From Tubiluchus corallicola (lineage: Eukaryota > Animalia > Priapulida), in NCBI GenBank assembly GCA_030141605.1, contig JAQGDQ010000119.1:305005-369004 (forward strand): a stretch of DNA of 64,000 bases, given 5' to 3'. The position numbers and the translations under genes were made by a program. Below the pieces are notes generated by a model that was not told where the DNA came from, did not search any database, and saw only the letters and a list, made by a program, of their open reading frames with translations. Below are positions 1 to 12,644 of the stretch, piece by piece. How positions within the stretch are numbered: position 1 is the stretch's first letter; each line of letters begins with the position of its first letter.

Positions 1-796
1 ATGATAACTCATTTGGGTTCATTTTAACCACGTCACTAATTGATTGATTTCGCCTTTAAAAGCAAACATTGGAGGTCTAGCCGACGCGGGCGTCATTAAT
101 AATTGTTTGTACTTATTACCCGCGCATAACAGTTTAAATTGCAACTTATTAATTTTTCAGACATCAATTACGAGTCATGTATATTTGATTAACTAATAGC
201 TGCGGGGCAGTGGTTAAAATACTTCGTAATAAAAGAGGCTTAAACTCGTTGTTCTAATAAAATGTAGCTACTAGAAAACTGTTTGCGTTGCATTTCAGTT
301 TCAGCAAAGATGTAATTACTTGCAGTTAAATCAGCCTTTTATTTGCGGCTTATTTATGATGTTATTAAAAAATATAATTCAGTTTTTTTATTCCACTGTC
401 ATTATACACGACCGACAAACTAATACGTTCCAGTAAAATTTAAAAGTTTTTTCGAGATAGTTGCATTTAAGAATATGAAAGATTGTAAAATTACTTATTA
501 CTTAGACGTAGCTACGTAAATTTTTATATTTTAGTACAAATCAAACAGTGCACAGGCCTACTGATTTCTTCGGTTACTAACTTTCTTACACTGACGATTA
601 ACACTTGAACGGCATAATAAAATGCCGTTTTCTTGCAGATCTTTCCATTCTGACAGAAAAAAGAACTCTTTTCTTTTTTTTCTACAATTTCTACTTGTTT
701 TTGCCTTTCACTTAACCTATCCACTACCCACAAAAACCGGCAAACGAGGAGCTTTATTACAAAGAAATCAACGGTATAACGTGTTTCAATATCACA

Positions 797-1182
797 GAAC
801 ATGATCCATAATAAAGTCACCAAAAAGTCACAGGAAAAGTCACAATTAATTTATAGTTTCCGGAAAACAATCACAATTTTAGCTAGAAAAGAAAGTCAGT
901 TAATAGGTCAAAAATATTCAAGTCTGTCACAGTTTATTTAAGTATCATAGACAATTTAAGCGATAAAATATTTTAAATTAATTGACAAAACATGACTTGT
1001 ACATATTGACAACACTATTTGTAATGGCGTTACACGCATGTGAAAATATCACGTTTTGTTCAATATTTTAAGGTTGGGGTTAGTGGTTTGGGTTAGGGTT
1101 AGTTAGGGTTATTCCTTTTTTGTGACCTTTTCCTGACTTTTTTCATGTGACTTTTTACCTTGTGACTTTATTATCTGGGTTC
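797..1182. mobile_element. Non-autonomous DNA-transposon-like element with inverted subterminal AAAAGTCAC arrays and an internal telomere-like GGTTAG tract
   Basis: The left end GAAC..ATAATAAAGTCAC with repeated AAAAGTCAC (797-845) mirrors GTGACTTTT repeats ..GTGACTTTATTAT..GTTC (1115-1182). A GGTTAGGGTT tract lies at ~1071-1110. Confidence 0.55.
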
Positions 1183-1416
1183 GAGAAAGCTCGCTCTACA
1201 ACCCACTTCAATTCATTGAGCTTAGTGGATGAAAAAACCTGGACGTAGCAATTAGAAATTGTTCAAGTCATTCTAACCGGAAATTACGAGTTAACCCGCT
1301 GCTTCTTGACACTTCGGCTTCCGGTAAATGAAATGGAGTTTAACAAAATTAATCTTTTCTTATCAGTGAGCCGCGCGGATATAAAAGAACCAATACGCTG
1401 ATTTCTTACTCATAGT

Positions 1417-1479
<63 letters not shown>

Positions 1480-1486
1480 ATTATTA

Positions 1487-1550
<64 letters not shown>
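1417..1550. repeat. Compound microsatellite (TTG)n-(TTA)n
   Basis: Directly visible. It explains the poly-Asn ORF at 1363..1578. Confidence 0.97.
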
Positions 1551-2238
1551 GCGATATTTTATTGTCTATGTTAGACATTCACTTTTAATTTATGTTAACT
1601 CGCAAACGCAGACAGTGAAGAACGCGAAATTTTCAGGGCAGCCGCCTGGTTATAGCTCAGATAATATTTGATTATTATTATTATTATTATTATTATAATT
1701 CTAGTTTATTCAGAAAATACTACATAGTATAATGCACAACCCAGAAAGCCCTTTATGTGTAGGACAAGTCATGAAGTTTACATAAATGTTAGGAAACCAA
1801 GCTTATTTACACATCACAAAATACATACATGTTGCAATACACAAAGGTTACTATTACAATTACAATTTCAAGCACTAATTACATTTGACTAGATTTTGGT
1901 TTTTGCAGGTATAACAAGTGAACTTGGTCTTATTTCCAGATTACAATTACAATTGGTATAACTTTCAAATAGTTACTATTACAACGATAATAAGTAGACA
2001 TTACACATTTATTATAAGCTGTTATAAAAGACACATGATACTAACACGTGGTAGTGAATACACTTACTGGCACAATTAATATATTAATCATATCTTAATT
2101 AATTGCTGATCATTACTAATCTAACTAATTCTCGAACAAGTATATATTTCAAGTGTATATTTCTCCCTATTTCTGTATATATCTTGAACCTTCCAATTAC
2201 CCATAACAGTTTCTAGTTCCAGTCTTGTGACTAATCCA

Positions 2239-2380
2239 TTAGTTAGATGTGGCTAATGGACAATCATAGATTAAATGTTCTGGGGCTTGAGATGTATGAC
2301 CACATGTACACTGCTCATTGTCAATCAGTCCTATTCGGTATTTAAATGATTTGGTACTTCTGTTAAGCAGGAGGGCGAAT
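2239..2380 (-). mobile_element. 3' remnant of a non-LTR retrotransposon (C-terminal CCHC knuckle)
   Basis: KYRIGLIDNEQCTCGHTSQAPEHLIYDCPL matches the C-x1-C-x7-H-x4-C motif found at the end of LINE ORF2 proteins. Confidence 0.65.
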
Positions 2381-3051
2381 GCGCTGGTTTCTGTTAGCCG
2401 GTTTCTGCTGTAGTTGATGAAGGGCGACCTTGTCAAAGGGTCAAAGACACAGAAATCGGTCAGTTCTTGAGTGAACAGTTTATTCACATGAGTACACCGC
2501 ACTGGATCAGGCATAGTCGAGTAATAGACAAGGTCATGCTCACGGACTTGTGACAATTTATCCGAGGAGCAGCAAGGTTTTAGAGCAAAAGATCTCAGTG
2601 CAAAACAGAAGTGATCTAGCACAACTGTAAATAAATGATGTGCTAATGGGCGCGCTAAAACCGGAAAAAACAAGCTCTCGAGATCTTCTCTGAGTAATTA
2701 CTGTAAGCCGCAATTAGGATAAGCACTCTGCAAGTGTGTTAAGTACAGTCCAGGGATTCCTGCGCAAAAGTACCCAACTTCTCCAAATCACAGCGGAAGT
2801 AAAGCGTTGATTATCAATATCTTTATGTTACACTAGGAATTTAGTAATAAAAGAGTTCAAGCAATACTCATTCCCATAAGTGAGCACACAGAGGAGGGTC
2901 ATTTTGGTAAAAAAAGAAGGGTTGACACTAAACAAATTGCAAGAGAAGCTTTCTCAGTCAGATTCAGTTGTATGTGCCAAAGGTAGCTCATATTTGAGCA
3001 AGAGACAGACTTTATTTCAACCGCTTAACATAGCTGACTAATTTCACGAAT

Positions 3052-3195
3052 GTAGGTAAAAATGCCACAGGAAAAATGGCAAAGAAAAAATTTCACAAAT
3101 GGAAAGTAGGCAAAAATGGCACAGGTAAAAATGGTACAGGAAAAATGGCTCACTTAGTAAAATGTTTAGGATTATGGTTACAGTGGGGGATAAAT
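3052..3195 (+). repeat. Short tandem AAAAATGGCACAGG units, probably the end of a DNA element
   Basis: GGTAAAAATG(G/C)CACAGG variants repeat about five times. They explain the GKNGT ORF. Confidence 0.6.
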
Positions 3196-3204
3196 ATTTT
3201 AGTT

Positions 3205-3365
3205 ATTTTTACCTCTGCCAAAGAAGTTATGCGTCAACACAGTTTGTTTGTTCGTCTGTCCGTTTGTTTTTTTGTCTGTTATGACAGTAAGCCTATTACG
3301 CAAAAACTATGTAACAGTTTTTCACGAAACGTTGTGAAGAAAGGCGGGTATAGGGTGGCAAATTG
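3205..3365 (+). mobile_element. Helentron-associated (HINE/DINE-like) non-autonomous element fragment
   Basis: TTTTTACCTCTGCCAAAGAAGTTATG head, GTTT/GTCT microsatellite, then ATTACGCAAAAACTA..TTTCACGAAAC, the typical HINE layout. Confidence 0.5.
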
Positions 3366-4736
3366 AGAATCTTTTCGCCGGTTCTTTTTCGCAAAACTTG
3401 ACCGAACACCACGTACAAAAAACATTCGTGGAGGTCTCAGAGGGAGTGTTTGGTACTTATTTTTGTTATCTCCACCTGGACAAACAACTACGAGTTAGTT
3501 CCAATTCCATTTCGAGAAATTTTCGCTTTTAAAACTGTGTTACGCTGTCTATAACCTTTGCTTATTAATGCGTGTTGCCTGGTACGTATATATTTTTCAG
3601 TCTATTACCATCGCTAATGTTAATGGTTAAAAGATAGATGAACAACATGTGGAACATTCGTGCATTATTGATTATGAATCTATTTAATGAACAAATATTT
3701 TGTGAGTCTTTTGCTAGTCTTAATAATAATATCAATACAGGTCATTTTTGAATGTTTGCTTGTTTATCTTTGTGATAATTTTTTTAATCAAAAGCATCAG
3801 GCGAATAAGTTTAGGATTGTCAACGTCATTTTTCTGGCGTGACCGGAGCCTAGTTCAATACCAAGGAAAGAGCAGAGATGTATTCGCCACACTTGGACGC
3901 ATCTATGAGATAAACAACCAGAATCAACATGGCGAATAAACTAATTTGGAAGCCATTAAAACTGGAATTAGGTGGTCCACCATGCTGCATTTCCCTTATT
4001 TTTGAATTTAAAATGTTAATTTCGAACGCCACGTACACGTGTCGGTCACTAGTACTGAAATAAATGTTGGTAAAGGGCTTGTTCACTGCTTTTTTCATTT
4101 GAAGCGTAGAAACAAACACTAAACGTGTATGCATAGGTGACTACGAGCTTGATTGTTTTCTTTTGTGTCACGTGAAACTCTTGAGCTGTGAAATTTGTTG
4201 AGGCAACAGTTCAATCGCACAGTTAATAAGCCCGTAGTGCTGAAAATTTTGCTGTTAACATAGCTGTATTGATTCACTATTTCAACACTAAATCAGAAAT
4301 ATAAACAGACAATGTACAGTACAGTTCACTGTACTGTGACATAAAGTGACAAAGAATAAACTAATGCTACTAGTGGCATAAGTTTATTAACGCATAATTC
4401 GTGAACTAATGGCTCAATCATATTTATACATTTTTATATTTATATTAAATTTTATTAAATGAAATTAAATTATATTACATTAAATTAAATAAAATTATAT
4501 TATATTAAATTATATTAATACGTTTAGCATTTCTTAGCATTTATTCTAAAAATTCACTGCAATAATGAATTATATTCAAAAAATAAAAAGAAGATTTAAA
4601 GGTCACCAGGTATAGTATGGTTTTTTAAGGTAACACAACGTACGAAATAAAACATTTTGCCAACATATAAAACAACAGTTTTTGGTAACTTTTCATTATT
4701 GGTTTACACACACAGTTTCACACAATCGTATCCTAA

Positions 4737-4952
4737 AGTGGCGTTTACCTAACATCCGGAATGCGCATGCGTTATGCGGCGGATGCAGAATAGTTAAAAT
4801 CGGTTTCTATTGTTTTCAATGTATCCGTTCATCAGTCCTGCGTTATGCGTTATTTTTTATGCAGCTATTTCGTATTGATTTTTATACGCAGCTATTCCGC
4901 AGGTGGATAACGCATAACGCATACGCATTCTGGATGCCACGTAAACGCCACT
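4737..4952. mobile_element. Palindromic MITE (PIF/Harbinger-like)
   Basis: TIR AGTGGCGTTTAC / GTAAACGCCACT, with extended internal symmetry (ATCCGGAATGCG..ATGCGTTATGCG vs CGCATAACGCAT..CGCATTCTGGAT). Flanks are TAA/TGA. Confidence 0.75.
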
Positions 4953-5897
4953 TGATGTCGGAACACAGCTAATTGCTTCAAAAAATTCATGCCATTTTAC
5001 CGCTAGTTACTAGCATGTAGGCTATCATAGACAATTAGCTTGTTATCGTATTGTGTGCACTTTTGAAAAACATGATGTTATCAACAATATTATGTAACTA
5101 TGTTATGAATAATTTATAATCGTGAAATTACAATTATTATCAATTACGGTTATTAAATTGCAACCTCAGCTTATTGTTGTTGTAGAGTCCATTATTTTCT
5201 TTTGATAAGCAGTCCACTATGTGATTTTCCGCGCATTATTGATCTTTGTTGTCACGCAACGTTGGTAAATTGGAAACAGGTTCATCTCTTAGCAAAATGC
5301 ATTTGCTGGACTTTCTGCTACTTTAAAAGGAGTTCTTTTTTTCCAACACTGTCACTTACTGTCACGTACCTGTTTGAAAGACTTGTGTAACTAGAAAGGA
5401 AGGTTCTTAGTAATTTAAAATGGCAAAACATCACCAACTGATAAAACGTCACGATTCACCTGAAATATGTACAGCATGTACATTGTACCTCTAATTGCAG
5501 GTAAAATGGTTACGAACTAATTAAACAACAATGAATTTCATGAAATGTTATATTTCTTATTTACAAATTACTATAGTTATTAACTGCACCTAGTACGCCT
5601 TACCCATTTTAACTTTTAGTCTCTGTGTGTTACAGGTTAAAATAGGTGTGAATTCTATGTTTATATGTACACGGTTTCAGCAAATGCGATATTTTACGTT
5701 GAAATACACTCGTTTTCAAAAAACATGGCACTAATTATAAACACTTGACAATGGCTTAAATATTTACTTGATGTGAAATTATATCATCAAAATTACACAA
5801 ATATTCATATAAAAATAACTTTTTGTTTGTTTTACCGTTACTTCAAAATTTATACTGACTTGTTATGTTTTCATTTTTATTATTAGTTACTTATTGC

Positions 5898-6530
5898 GAG
5901 TTCAGACGTAGAGACTTCTCTCGCAATTTATTGCAAACTCAGTCACAGTTGCTGAGAGTTAATTTGCGCAACAAGTTGCCAAGCCATTCACACGTGCCAC
6001 CTTACTCTCAGAGAGAAGTTGCGCAATAAGTTGCGAGAGAAGTTGCCAAGCCATTCACACGTGCGACTTTACTCTCGGAGAGAAGTTGCGCAAAAAGTTG
6101 CGAGAGAAGTTGCCAAGCCATTCACACGTGCGACTTTACTCTCGGAGAGAAGTTGCGCAAAAAGTTGCGAGAGAAGTTGCCAAGCCATTCACACGTGCGA
6201 CTTTACTCTCGGAGAGAAGTTGCGCAAAAAGTTGCGAGAGAAGTTGCCAAGCCATTCACACGTGCGACTTTACTCTCGGAGAGAAGTTGCGCAAAAAGTT
6301 GCGAGAGAAGTTGCCAAGCCATTCACACGCGCGACTTTACTGTCGGAGAGAAGTTGCGCAAAAAGTTGCGAGAGAAGTTGCCAAGCCATTCACACGTGCG
6401 ACTTTACTGTCGGAGAGAAGTTGCGCAAAAAGTTGCGAGAGAAGTTGCCAAGCCATTCACACGTGCGACTTTATTCTCGGAGAGAAGTTGCGCAAAAAGT
6501 TGCGAAAGAAATCTCTACGTCTGAACGCAC
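5898..6530. mobile_element. MITE (PIF/Harbinger-like) containing an expanded 67-bp tandem array
   Basis: The ~28-bp TIRs GTTCAGACGTAGAGACTTCTCTCGCAA and TTGCGAAAGAAATCTCTACGTCTGAAC are near-perfect reverse complements. A related element lies at 21163-21393. Confidence 0.75.
5972..6510 (+). repeat. 67-bp tandem repeat, 8 near-identical copies
   Basis: GCCAAGCCATTCACAC starts at 5978, 6045, 6112, 6179, 6246, 6313, 6380 and 6447, an exact 67-bp period. Confidence 0.97.
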
Positions 6531-6599
6531 CATTAGTAGGCTTATGACTTCTCATGGACCAAGAAAACTGCAGTGTTGATTTTAAATATTTTTATGTAG

Positions 6600-6740
6600 A
6601 TACGAAACAGTAGATGAAGACGCTAAGTCGGACAGCTTAAACAGCCGTATACCTTCGAGCAATTTACTATGGCAAGACGGATCTGCGCATGTGTCGTCTT
6701 CCAGTATAGGTTCAAGCCTTTTAACCGCGTCATCTTTTAA
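6600..6740 (+). CDS. CAMKK: Putative CaMKK upstream exon A (YETVDEDAKSDSLNSRIPSSNLLWQDG...SF)
   Basis: tttatgtag acceptor, AA|gtaagt donor, 141 nt open frame, phase 2-2, joins exon B in frame. No homology recognised. Confidence 0.5.
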
Positions 6741-7329
6741 GTAAGTATGTACGGAGACACACGTCTTAAATATGTGAGAAACGCTGATTAACTTGATATA
6801 ATGCAGTTTCTAAGAATCTAGTGACTGAGAATATATTATAAATCGTGATTAAGACTTAGGCCCGTGTCACATAGAGAAAGACGTAAGGAGCAAGCCATAT
6901 CCGTAAGCCAAAGGGTCTCACATCTTCCATTAAGCGCATATCATAATCCACGGCATGCTCCTTTTGCAATGTGTAAATAGTAAAGCCATAATCCTTTTCA
7001 GCAATGCACGTATCAAATTGCAGTATTAGTGAAATGTCCCGTTTAAAAATGGATTTTTAATGTTCATGAGACCGTTCTGTTATAAATTATTATCACGTAA
7101 ATGACACTTGGCAATTACCGCATTAGTGATGACCCAAAACGTCTTAAGGCAAATTAAGTTAAGGGCCAAATTCATTTCGTAATAAAGCGCCTTATGAACA
7201 GCTCAAAACGGCTTGTAAGGAGCCTACGGCGGATTACAGTTGACGGCTTACGGTAGGCAAACAACGGTAGGCAGAAGACGGCAAACGGATTATCTGTATT
7301 GGACGTGTTTGGGAGCACCAAGTTACATT

Positions 7330-7625
7330 TAATAAAAAAAAACTTAACAAAGCTATCAATGAAAAACTTGAATTTCGGTACAGACAGTACTGGCAGCAGA
7401 AAATGAACCGGGCTACACCGAATGAAGAGTCAGTAATCAACACAGAACGTATAAACTTTTTGAAAAATACTTATAGAATAGAAAATTATATGCTGCTTGG
7501 TATACCAAAACATCTCAAAATTACTTTTACAAGATTTCGTATTAGTGCTCATAAATTAGCAATTGAAACCGGTAGATATCATAAGCCGAAAAAGTACCTG
7601 TAGAACAATGAGTATGTAAAAATTA
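7330..7625 (+). mobile_element. 3' remnant of a non-LTR retrotransposon (RTE-X/L2-like)
   Basis: KNTYRIENYM...FTRFRISAHKLAIETGRY is a characteristic LINE ORF2 C-terminal segment. Confidence 0.7.
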
Positions 7626-8713
7626 TTTGAATAAAGTAGACGAGGACCTGACTAAGATAACTCACAGCAAACCTGACTGATTAATTGCAACAATTGTAAT
7701 GCAGTAAATGGCCTTAATGTACAACTTCAGTTAGCTAACCGTGACTCAAACAACAAGTAAACAAATAAAACTGATATAACCCCATAATAATGTAAGGAAA
7801 ACGTCGGTGAGTGGTCACTTGCTATTTAACATTACGCGCTACATTGCAGGTAAGATCATTTTCTTGTTTATATTGTGAGCTGGCAGTTTATATTGCAGTA
7901 AAAGGCCATATTTCTTGGATATTGCATTACCTATATATTACAGCGAGAAATTTGGACTTTTTTTTGGTTTTGTTTTTTGATGCTGCAACTGCAAGCTGAA
8001 ATCGAATTCCTGTGCATCAAAATGGGCGGCCGTCGTACGCTTTCTTTTCCAGAGAATTTCAGCTACTAAGGAAATAAGTCCCATCTCTTCTTCTCTACAG
8101 ATCCTATCCGTACTTTATTTCGCGCGGTGAAGACCATTAAATGCAAACTGGTTGATTTCTTTATTGTCTTGCTGCCATGTATTCAGTGCTATATACATCA
8201 ACTTGCCTGTTTTTCAATTGACGATTAGCTGACATTGTTCCGGCTGAAGTTTTCCAGCCGCAGCTTAAAAACCACAAACCTATTTCTTGTAACTTTTTCA
8301 ACCAAAACCAAATTTGTCGCAATACTGAAGTGTGAAATGCGAACTTCAGGGCACTTGGCTGCTTCTAATTTTAGTCTAATCTAAACTTCGGCGCACTTTT
8401 TCTGCGCCACTCAATGTAATAGACAGCGTTGCGCCACCTATGCCACATCACTGAAGCTTGTGAAAGACAGCATGAAAAACCTAAATATCATAGGCTATTA
8501 ACTTGGCCTCGCCTAAATGATCCATAGTTATTTAGTTTTCTTCACAAAATAAAACAAAAACAACAAAATACATTACTCTATCACTTCATTAAAATGACAG
8601 TAACTGGATTTTACAAAACACAACTAGATGTCTACATGTGATACCATGGTTCAACATCTGAATGTGGGCGGAGCTGCAAAGCGTAGCGCTAATTTGGTTT
8701 TCAATTTTCTCAG

Positions 8714-8851
8714 GATGCTGAGGTCCCCGAATGACAGGAAAAGCCCAGTTATCATTGAAGATAAGAAGCTAAAAATATCGCCGGATAGTGGTTGCTCTTC
8801 GTCACTTTTTAACGACACCCAAGCGGGTGGCGCCATTGACGGCCGTTACAG
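8714..8851 (+). CDS. CAMKK: Putative CaMKK upstream exon B (MLRSPNDRKSPVIIEDKKLKISPDSGCSSSLFNDTQAGGAIDGRY); ATG at 8715 is a possible start
   Basis: ttttctcag acceptor, AG|gtattt donor, 138 nt, phase 2-2, in frame with exon C. Confidence 0.55.
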
Positions 8852-9552
8852 GTATTTTTATTTATTTATTTTTATTAATTTGTTAAAGGAAAACCGGATG
8901 ATTGTGTAAACACGAGTTCAGAATAAAGAATGCTCTAAAATATTGAAAACTACAACAGCTTATTTTAAATCAAAGCTTAGATTAAATAATAATTACCTCT
9001 GATGCTCAGATTTCGTTAAACTTTCAAAGCTACGTGCGGCTCAGTGAATCTACTAAGACTGGCAGCGGCGCCTTTTTGTCAAGTGCGCGTAGCCGACAAA
9101 TAGAAGGCGGTACCATGATAACCATGATTATGAACTGCTGTGTAGTTTCATGACGTCATATGATGTAAAGACCATTTTTCGTAACATCATGCGTTCAAAC
9201 AGTACTGTAACACCTATGCATATGTGCTTGACGCGCAATGAAAGACGCCTGCCATTGCGCAAACTGTGGTTGGTTTCTGATGTACGCAATAACTATGTTC
9301 ATTTGCCGTTAATTAACTTTCTAAGCTAATTATTCAAATATAAGAAACAATTGTTGATTTTTATAGGCAAGAAAATGTATATTTTGGACAGTAAATTAAA
9401 ATGAGATTGAGTATAAAAACAATCGTCCGGTCTTCCTTTAAGGTATCTATGCATACAATAAAAATTAACTGCATAAAATAATAACATATGTACAGTAATA
9501 AACGAGACTAGTTGAAATGGACACGGGAGAAACGTGAAGAGTAAATTACTAC

Positions 9553-9965
9553 TTAAATATGTCTACAAAAATGCAAATGTGTTGAAAAGTTAATTTTCAT
9601 TAATCTTTGACAAAATAATTTACTGGAGGCGGCATTTACCTGTGGAGACCCATTTGCATGTTCAAGAAAAGAATTCAAGTACTTGACAACTCCATTTGCA
9701 AACGAATGTTGAGCTACTGACGACACAGATTGGTTTATGTAAAGTTGTGGCAATGACCATTAGAAATTCTAGGAGCGTGGATAAAAAATTCGTTTCTGTC
9801 TAAGTCATTTGCCCTATGAATAATATTGTAGAAGATTTTAGGTCATAATAAATTCTTTTCTCTTCCAATGTCAACATATTGAAAACTAAAAGTCTGTAAG
9901 GGTACGACACAGCAGTAAATCCACATCTAGCATACAATCTTCTAGTGAAACATCTTCGCACATTT
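9553..9965 (-). mobile_element. CR1/L2-type LINE 3' remnant
   Basis: SFANGVVKYLNSF...VNAASSKLFCQRL resembles the CR1 terminal FSNRVVxxWNxLP..V.A.S...FK.RL motif. Confidence 0.55.
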
Positions 9966-11614
9966 TCAGTAATGTGTTATAGGTAATAAGATATAGGGCT
10001 ATAGCTAATAAGGTAGATCATAATATGGTAAACCGCTATACCTAAGCCGTCTTTTTCTGGTGTATGGTGTTTTTGGTTACTTAAGATCATAATAATTATA
10101 ATTAAGCGGGCTGCTAACAAGTAAATAAAAAAATTATTGAATTTATCGTGCAATGTAGGCAAAGGCCTGATATGACACAGTATCCAAGTCTATTTTGTTA
10201 TTATTATGTTTTACTAAACTTACCAAAGAATATTAATAAAAAATCGCACGATAATGAAAAATATTTTTTATTAATTGTATCTTGGGAGTATCTCCTTTGC
10301 CACTAAAGTACGTGTGGCATTAGGTAATGTCATCCAATATTGACATGCTACTTTTCAACACCTAAAAAGAATTTTCTGCTTCACTTTAACCTGCAAATGG
10401 AGTTCAACTAGTGCGATTCAGCTTCAGAGCAACACTGATTTAACTAACCTTATTAAGTTTCTGTGTGCTCGCTCTCGCTAAACACTCACACTAACTTGGG
10501 TTTCTTACACTACGTCTTGAAGCCTAGTTCTAGATAGTCTTGTTTACGCCGCAACGCTTGTCCCCCTCGTAACTAAATAATTGAGGAATTTGCGAATGTT
10601 CGACGACGTGATGTATTAGGAAGGATGTCCAGTGTTCTTAAAGGTCACTTGTGCAAGCTGTCTAATCATAATTATTTCTAAAACATAATTGCTGTGCAAC
10701 GATCAAATAATCATGCCTAGCCTGAGCAAGGTCTATATGACAGGAAATTTCGGTCAGTCAAAATCGATTGCGGTTTTGCTTTCAAATCTCTTGTGGTGTA
10801 AAACTATACTAACCTGCACGATATTCATGAATTACGTTTCTCTTAGGTGAAATCAATTATAGTAAAGGTACCCGTGCAAATACTATTAAATGGGCATTTG
10901 AATAAGCATAATTACAAAGATTAGTATGCTAATATTGTGGATAAAAGTGTTTGTGTGTTTTGGTTACTGAATCTGTAGTACATTTCATGCACGAATGCCC
11001 TCTTTATAGTGCAATTAGAGAGCAAGTAGAACGTAGACAGTTTATCCTCCATGTATCAAAATAGTATTATACCAATTAATGTGTTCATTTAGGGACTCAG
11101 TCTTTAATTTTTCTTCTTGTAAATAGTAGTTCTTTGTTAAACTATGACCAAAATATTACACTTTTTGAAGTAGTTCAAAAACTCATCAAAAATGCTAGTA
11201 AATTTAAGTAAGCCAGCTAACTTGTATTCTTTTAGATCATACAGTCACATTTTGGTTTTTATAGCACAGTCTTATGAAATTCATTTTGCATCTTGCTTGA
11301 GGTCTTTGCATCAATTTAGCTGTTGACCAAAGGCCACACTATATGTGAAATTAATAAATAGAAGTATATTTATAAAAAAAACAAATATTAAACTGAATTT
11401 GTGTAAAACATAGAAAGAGTCAAAAAATGATAACAATTCTGCCAGTGTAAACAAGAAATAGACATTCCCTTATAAGTCAATGCTAAGAATTTCTTTTCTT
11501 GTTCTTGCCCTTGCTGCTACGTGCAGTTGCCATTCATCATTGAGTGGAAAGAAGCGTTAACAAGATTTCCTATTGACATTCAAGGACCTACGCATGCAGC
11601 TTATACACAGTATA

Positions 11615-12644
11615 CAGGGTGTCTCAAAATCACTGTACACATTGGAGTCTATTTTCTTTTCAAATTTTCCTTTGATTTCGGAAAGCCCTGGCGTGAATTA
11701 AAAGTAGTCTTTGCCAACTCTTTTAACATTTAAAGCAAAACCTGACCCAATCTTAAACTGTAGGTCAAAGCTACATAATTATTTTTTAAAATATTGAAAG
11801 GAAACATACTATTTTTTCAAAAATGAATTACGTGAAAGAATTGTTACCGCCATTCACTAGTTAAACGTGCACTAGCGTCTGCATTTCGGAAACGCGTTGC
11901 ACAAAAAACAGGTACTGAGCCTCTCAGTTCGTCTATGACGTACTGCACATACATTCGACAGCTCATGCTTCAGCACAGCGGTAAATTTGAAATTTGAATT
12001 TTTATCTTAAAACTTACCGAGTTTTAGTACATCATACTGAATCTCTTACAGTAGTGCTGTGCTTCAATCTTCGCTTTTGCAAACACGTGCAACACGCCCA
12101 TGGAATATTTTTGCTGTTAAAAATTATGTTAATTTGTGATGTCATTAATAGCTTGTCTCAGAAACGCTTTTGCAGTATTACTGGTGTTAAAATGTATACA
12201 TTTTACCGAACTGGAAAGTGGGGTAATCTATGAAAAGTCATCTTGTCTTCCATTAAGTCTTAACTATGGATCACCATAATTACGAGAAACTGTGGTGACT
12301 CTTTGAATTCAAGATTTGGTAATCGATTTTGGCATTCCCTAGCAATTTGATAGCTTTGGCTCTCGGCGAGGGAAAATTTTATGCACTATGACTAAGACCC
12401 TCCGTGAACTTGATATAATAGTTAAAGATTATTGTACAAACATGAAATGGTGTGACCATGGAAATGCATGTGTTAACCATTACTTGAAGTACTTTTAAGT
12501 CGTACCAGTGAAGTGGTCTTTCAGATTTTTGTTTAATTTTGAATCCCTAGCAGTTCTAGTTCTTGGGCGCCAATTGTCAAACATTTTGCTTTGTTTGCTT
12601 AAAAAAGTAGGCATTGTAAAGCATTCTGACTTCTGAGACACCTG
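11615..12644. mobile_element. Tc1/mariner-type MITE (TA-flanked) with a nested insertion
   Basis: TA|CAGGGTGTCTCAAAA ... TTCTGAGACACCTG|TA. Confidence 0.6.
11734..12252 (+). mobile_element. TTAA-flanked (Kolobok-like) non-autonomous element, copy 1
   Basis: TTAA|AGCAAAACC...GTCTTCCA|TTAA. Colinear homology with 57624-58213 (CCAATCTTAAACTGTAGGTCA, AAATTTGAAATTTGAAT, TGGTGTTAAAATGTATAC). Confidence 0.7.

Noticed and set aside
1256-1323. Possible first CaMKK exon ending CCG|GTAAAT
   Set aside because: It has no in-frame ATG and a weak acceptor, and its phase is incompatible with exon A.
1363-1578. Poly-Asn ORF
   Set aside because: It is a microsatellite translation.
5972-6579. 67-bp array as a CRISPR array or as three overlapping protein-coding ORFs
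   Set aside because: There are no unique spacers and the context is eukaryotic. The ORFs arise because the stop-free unit length is not a multiple of 3.
9151-9158. Perfect CRE (TGACGTCA) in a CaMKK intron, suggesting CREB feedback
   Set aside because: A single 8-mer is expected about once per window, and it lies in a probable degenerate MITE.
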